Positions 59,126 through 64,000 of a stretch of DNA of 64,000 nucleotides are shown here, piece by piece. The notes below the pieces were generated by a model. The model saw nothing but the letters and a program-made list of their open reading frames with translations. It was not told the origin of the DNA and ran no database searches. The DNA is taken from the NCBI GenBank assembly GCA_964199315.1, contig OZ116702.1, positions 21,328,001-21,392,000 on the forward strand, read 5' to 3'. Within the stretch, counting starts at the first letter, position 1. Every line of letters begins with the position of its first letter. The stretch is from Orbicella franksi. Its lineage: Eukaryota. A program made the position numbers and the translations under genes.

Positions 59126-62100
59126 GTAATTTATCCTCACTGCATATCTATTGTTGCGATCACGGTAGACTAAGTTATGGGAGGAATCCGCTCCCGGCCC
59201 CGACAATTGCCATGCTCCACCGGCACCGTTTGCTGTCCAAACCGACGCACAAAAACGAGGAAAAACACCAGGACACCCCCGAGAATGCTAAACCTGCTTT
59301 ATTCTACAAACCTGCTTTCCATAACTCAGACCCCCCTACTCCCAACTTAAAACGTACTGTGCAAATACAGAAAAACGCTTAAGCGATTAAACTATTGGTT
59401 GGATGTTTGCCGGGTGAGAGACCGCGGCAGCGACAGTGGAAGCTCGGGGCATGACAGACTCCAAAAGGTTAAGAGTACTAGCCGCGTGAGAGACACGCGC
59501 ATAGTGCCTGGCCATGTTGCTACTTTTCCACCCCAAATACTGGGCGATCTCCTCCGGAGAACAACCCAAGATGCTAAGGGTGTTAGAAAGCCCGACCCTG
59601 AAACCATGGGGCGTTTCCCTACTACAAAGTTTCGCCTCGGAGAGATACACACGCAAACGATTATTATCTGCCGAACCAAGAAACGGCCTCTCCCCGTCAA
59701 ATTTCCCATGGTCGGAAGCTCGGAAAAAATATCCCTCGGACAAGGAGACCCCTAGCGCTTGGCAGGCACGAACATAACAATCCAACCAAAAAACAGGGCA
59801 AACATCCGGGTCTCGAAAGGGGACAAGAACAAACTCACGGGGAGATCCCTTGCGAACTGTTTTCGTAAGAGACAATCTAATTAAAAAGCCTTCCCGATCC
59901 CTTAACCTGAAAACTTGGCTGCAAGAGAGCCGCCCTAAATCCGATGCTCTGTCCCCAGTGAAAAAATCCACAACAAAGAAGGTGGCATCCCTAACAAGGA
60001 TATATTTACTAACAAGGGAAAGCGACGCACTTGCCGCTATTTTCACCCTAAAGTGACCGATGAGTGACTTGTACTTCGTGAAGAAAAGAGGGACTGCCTG
60101 TTTCGGAGTGACCGCCAAACTCGCTTGCTCTTTCCTGGTGAATTTTAAGTATTCCTTTACCAGCGAGTGCGAAACAGGGTTTGCATGATTGAAACGGCCT
60201 AACTTATTATAAATAGCACGCACCCTTCCGATGAGGGAATCCGCGGAACCGGCCGCTAAACGGCGGGGGCATTTACAAACTGTCCTATCATATGTCCTAA
60301 CGTGAACAACCGCTCTCCCTGTTCTGTCTTTACTAATAAGAAATTTAACGATATCTTCGGAGGTGGTGGAGGGCATGGCCTTCGGGGCGAAAGAGAGGCG
60401 AGGAAACTTGACAACTGTCGCTCCAAGGAAGACTTTTGCTTCTGATAGGGTTTGCTACTTGACAAAGATTTAAAGTTCACGAAACGGCTATTGATCGCAG
60501 ACATGGCCAGACCAGGTTGGACAACCAGAGTAAAAGGGGCTCCAATTGATATACCAACAAGCCTGGCAAAAATTCGCATCATGATCGTTTGGATAGAGAC
60601 AAGACGTACACCGCCGGGCTGCTTTCCAGGGGCGTGCAACCTGAAGAAAAGAACTGTATGTAGGTAATATGCTCGTCTTAACAAAATTGGTGATGCCATT
60701 ATTTAACAGACGCAACGAAAAGCCCGAACGTCCCATTGTAGCGGTCTAGGGAACCAGCCTGGAGCCGTAGCAGAAGGATAAAACAAAACCAAATCGTCGC
60801 CCTTTCGCCCCAGGAGAAATCGATGAACGCTCGTGGCTTGCAATAACGCCCACCAGTACCGACGGGGCTGGATATCCGGCACGATTATCGTGAAGGGGTG
60901 CTGATACTGCTGGTCAATAAAGAAACGGAGGAGCGGACCGATAAGCACAAAGGGGGAAAAAACATAAAGGTTTTCCCTGATAGGCAACTGATGCGCAAAC
61001 ACATTGATGCCGGATGACTCAGGGGTGTCGCACGGCGTGAAATGCAGAACACGATTACCAAGCTGATCACGGCGGCAGTTACTGTCGAGTGATATGAGAT
61101 CAAAGGTATGTGGTCCAAACATTCTCTGGACACGGGACCACGTTTCCTCAGAAAGGGTACAATCGAGGTCTGAATGTCGACGCGAGGGAGCGTCGGCCGG
61201 GTTCCCGGCCCGAAGGAACGTATTGAATGTCGATCAAAAAGTTGAACTCTTGGTTGCATCACAAAATAGCCTTAATCACGTCATTTATCTTGGAGTTACT
61301 TCCACCCTCGCTCTGTCATGACCCCAACAGAGCTCTGCTATCCGTGTGAACATCAACGCGGGAATTCCGAATCCTTGACTTGAAAGCATCTAAAGCACAC
61401 AACAAGGCCTTCGCCTCCAAAAAATGTATGCTGCCCGATTCTTCTCGCCAGTAATCTCCAGCCTCCATTCTGCCGTTATCCGTCATCAAAACGCCTCCCC
61501 ACGCTCGTTTAGAAGCGTCTCAATACAAAGTGACAGCGAAATGTCTCTCCGATCTCCATGGCAAACAATCCGTCCAGTCATCTAAAAATCGCCAATATTC
61601 CAATTCAGATTGCAGCCGCTTTGGAATTACGTACAAGACCAGCAACGGCTTTGAAGATTTCGCGAAGGTACAGCTTGCAACCAGCTACAGCCAGGTTGAA
61701 GGAAACAGCCTTACCGGCAAAACGCTGAAGGGTTTTTAACGTTACCCTCTTAGAAGCTAACATGTTTTCCCTGAGTACCTTAAATTTGACTTTTTTCTCC
61801 TCTGGGATCAGGAAAACTTGCCGAATAGAATCACAGGTGAAGCCAAGGAATGTGACAAACGTAGACGGACTGCATTGAGATTTACTCAAATTGACAAAAT
61901 AGCCGGCCTCCAATAGCAAGAAACAGAGAATATACGCCGCGGCCTCAGCGTTCTGGTGGCTAGAGGCCCAAGGCAGCTTAGACGATTGTACTAAAAGCTG
62001 ACCAACGTGGCGATCATCTATGTACTGGGAAAGTGGAAAACCGTACGAACGTGCCGCACCAGAGACTGCAAGGCCCAAATTGTGATAGGGAAAAGCACTA

Positions 62101-64000
62101 GCCTTCCAGCCAAATGGTAGCGTACAAAATGTAAAGTAAAAACCCTGCCACTGCAGGCCGAAAAAGGTACGGGAAGACGGGTGGAGACAAACGTGCTGGT
62201 AACCGCTTTTCTCATCGAAGGTCGTCTGGTAATGCCCCGGCAAGACATACTTTGGTAAGTCCGACAAATGGTCCAGTTTAAAAGGAAGATCCTTGATTCA
62301 CAAATTAAGGTAACGTTCGTCATAGCAAAGGCGAGGTTTTGAGGGCTCAATGGTGAGGGGAAGGAGGTGAGACCCGGCCAAACTCGCCCCAAACCGACAA
62401 GACTTCGGCCGACACCCATTGCAAAATGGTAGTGGAAATGAAATCCGAAAATCGGGCGCAAGACTTGGAGTTTTCCAACACGATTGGAGGAGGACGATCT
62501 GAATCAAAACTTTGACCATTGAAATCGCCCTTGAAATGGGCCAAAAATTGTTCAACTTTGACCCCTTCGTTAATTATGGCCATAAGGTCGACGTGCTCAT
62601 TGTCGACATCGGACAACAACTTCTCCCAAACCGCCGGGTGTGCGTGCAACGATTCCGCCTGAAAATCATCCGGATTTCCAAATCGGAGATTACGCAAAAC
62701 CCCAAGAGCTGGATTCTTCGCCACCATTGATGGGGAAGCCAAGGGGTCAACGAAAGGCTGGGTTCCCTTAAAAATATCACACCAAGAAGTCTCTACTGTC
62801 TCGCGGACGGTAACTGCGTCGCCCAACTTTCTCCGAAAAGCAAAGGATGCAACCTAAGGGAACAAGTCAAAAGCGGACAGAGATAAGGAACAGGGAAAAC
62901 AAACGAGAACCCAAACCTTCGTTGACCCCAGGCTCCGAACCAGGTCCAGAATCGAGGCACAGAGAAAGCTCCCCCAAGGTCAACGAGGGCGAATGGGGCA
63001 GGGGCACCCTGGGGAACTAAAATATATGAGGACAAAGGCCCAAACAAACTGCAAAAAATGGCCTACAACAAGCCAGCTGACCACACAAATTGAGACAACC
63101 GATGATGAAATAAACTTTATTAAAGCAATATCGAAGGCGCCAGCTGACAACACAACTGGAGTACGCCGAAATACAAATGCCAGGGAAAAAATGATAGAAA
63201 AACAAACTAGCTACAGAGCAGACACTTGACAAAACAATGATCGCTTACTCAAACGCTGGGCTAACTATTACCGCCTCTGAACCCCCGTGGGGAGCGCGAT
63301 AAGTGAACTGAGAAGGACGGTGATTGTAAAGACATTCGCGTGCCATGTGGCCCAAGCGATTACAAGTAAAGCAACGAACATTTCCGTAAGGCCTCGGGCG
63401 GGTGAAACGAAATCCACGCGACTGAGCTGCCGAGACCCTAGAAGAGGATTTCAGGATGGAGGTGGCCTCCTTCGCTATCTTGGCCCGCACAGGATCCCTC
63501 ACGAAACCCACAAGAAGCCTCTGCAACGACCTCTTTGTCCAGTTGATCCAACCTTGCCCTAACTTCATCGAGAGCCTCCGCGTACATGTCGGCCTTCTCG
63601 TGTGCCTCATTCCTCGCGAGACGAACCAAAGACTGTAGCAGCTCGACCGCTCCATATCGATCAAACATGTTTAACGGGCGGTTTAGGTGCCTGCGGAGAG
63701 TTATCAACGCGTCCTCCGTGCTCCTGCGCGCTTTCTCGTCCTCCAAGGCTTTCAACTTCCTCTCAAGAATTTGAATACGATCGACTGGCTGAGAAACAAG
63801 AAGGAACACGAGGAATGAAAATCACATCTGCTGTCCGGCTGACCAGAACAGAACAAGAACATAATCAAACCGAAAATAGCCCCGGAAAAGAACGGCTCAA
63901 AATCGCCACAATCAACCCCCCATTCCTTATAGAAACGCCTCCTGCGTTCCCACTTCAAATCCTGCGCCTATACACGACTTTCATAAATGGCGGACCGCTC
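59125..64000 (-). mobile_element. DIRS-type tyrosine-recombinase retroposon (gag-RT-RNaseH-MTase-ALOG/YR), degenerate, 5' end outside the window
   Basis: gag with CCHC knuckle CFTCNRLGHMAREC (63245-63809); RT with F...LPFGW...YIDD (61605-62267); RNase H with DAS/LEA/TDS and in-frame stops (~61150-61590); DIRS-type MTase-like domain DLISLDSN...NLYVFSPF (60703-61122); YR with GDRASD, HGFR, GW and HY residues (59387-60376). Confidence 0.9.
59387..60640 (-). pseudogene. Zn-finger + ALOG domain + tyrosine recombinase ORF of the DIRS element (frameshifted)
   Basis: WKAARRCTSCLYPNDHDANFCQAC, then SSLERQLSSFLASL..., then EDIVKFLISKDRTGRAVVH...CKCPRRLAAGSADSLIGRVRAIYNKLG...NPVSHSLVKEYLKFTRKEQA, then the YR catalytic domain. 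Confidence 0.8.

Noticed and set aside
59387-61122. Bacterial or phage integrase plus Dam methylase acquired by HGT or contamination
   Set aside because: Both are collinear with gag, RT and RNase H in the standard DIRS order, and are contiguous with eukaryotic TEs.

Overview
Eukaryotic, intron-rich, repeat-dense DNA. The proteins, transposon types and MITE/SINE motifs look cnidarian, most likely a stony coral; this taxon call is inference. Host genes: (1) the last two exons of an unidentified + strand gene (1-1725) ending in a PDZ-type motif; (2) a complete 10-exon WDSUB1 on the - strand (5542-17449, 506 aa, WD40-SAM-U-box); (3) head-to-head with it, a complete 13-exon pyruvate dehydrogenase kinase on the + strand (20607-35801, 422 aa); (4) an uncharacterised ~9-10-TM membrane protein (44186-45827, -) whose 3' region is duplicated upstream; (5) a small uncharacterised protein ending in a CaaL prenylation motif (49970-50554, -). 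Mobile DNA: Penelope-like elements with hammerhead-like motifs, RTE/RTEX LINE fragments, tRNA-derived SINE units, many TIR elements and MITEs with readable TSDs, an internally deleted Kolobok, a decayed BEL/Pao carrying a nested solo LTR, and, running off the right end, a DIRS-type retroposon whose tyrosine recombinase carries an ALOG domain. Exon models were read by eye from GT-AG sites and reading-frame continuity; no database searches were run.
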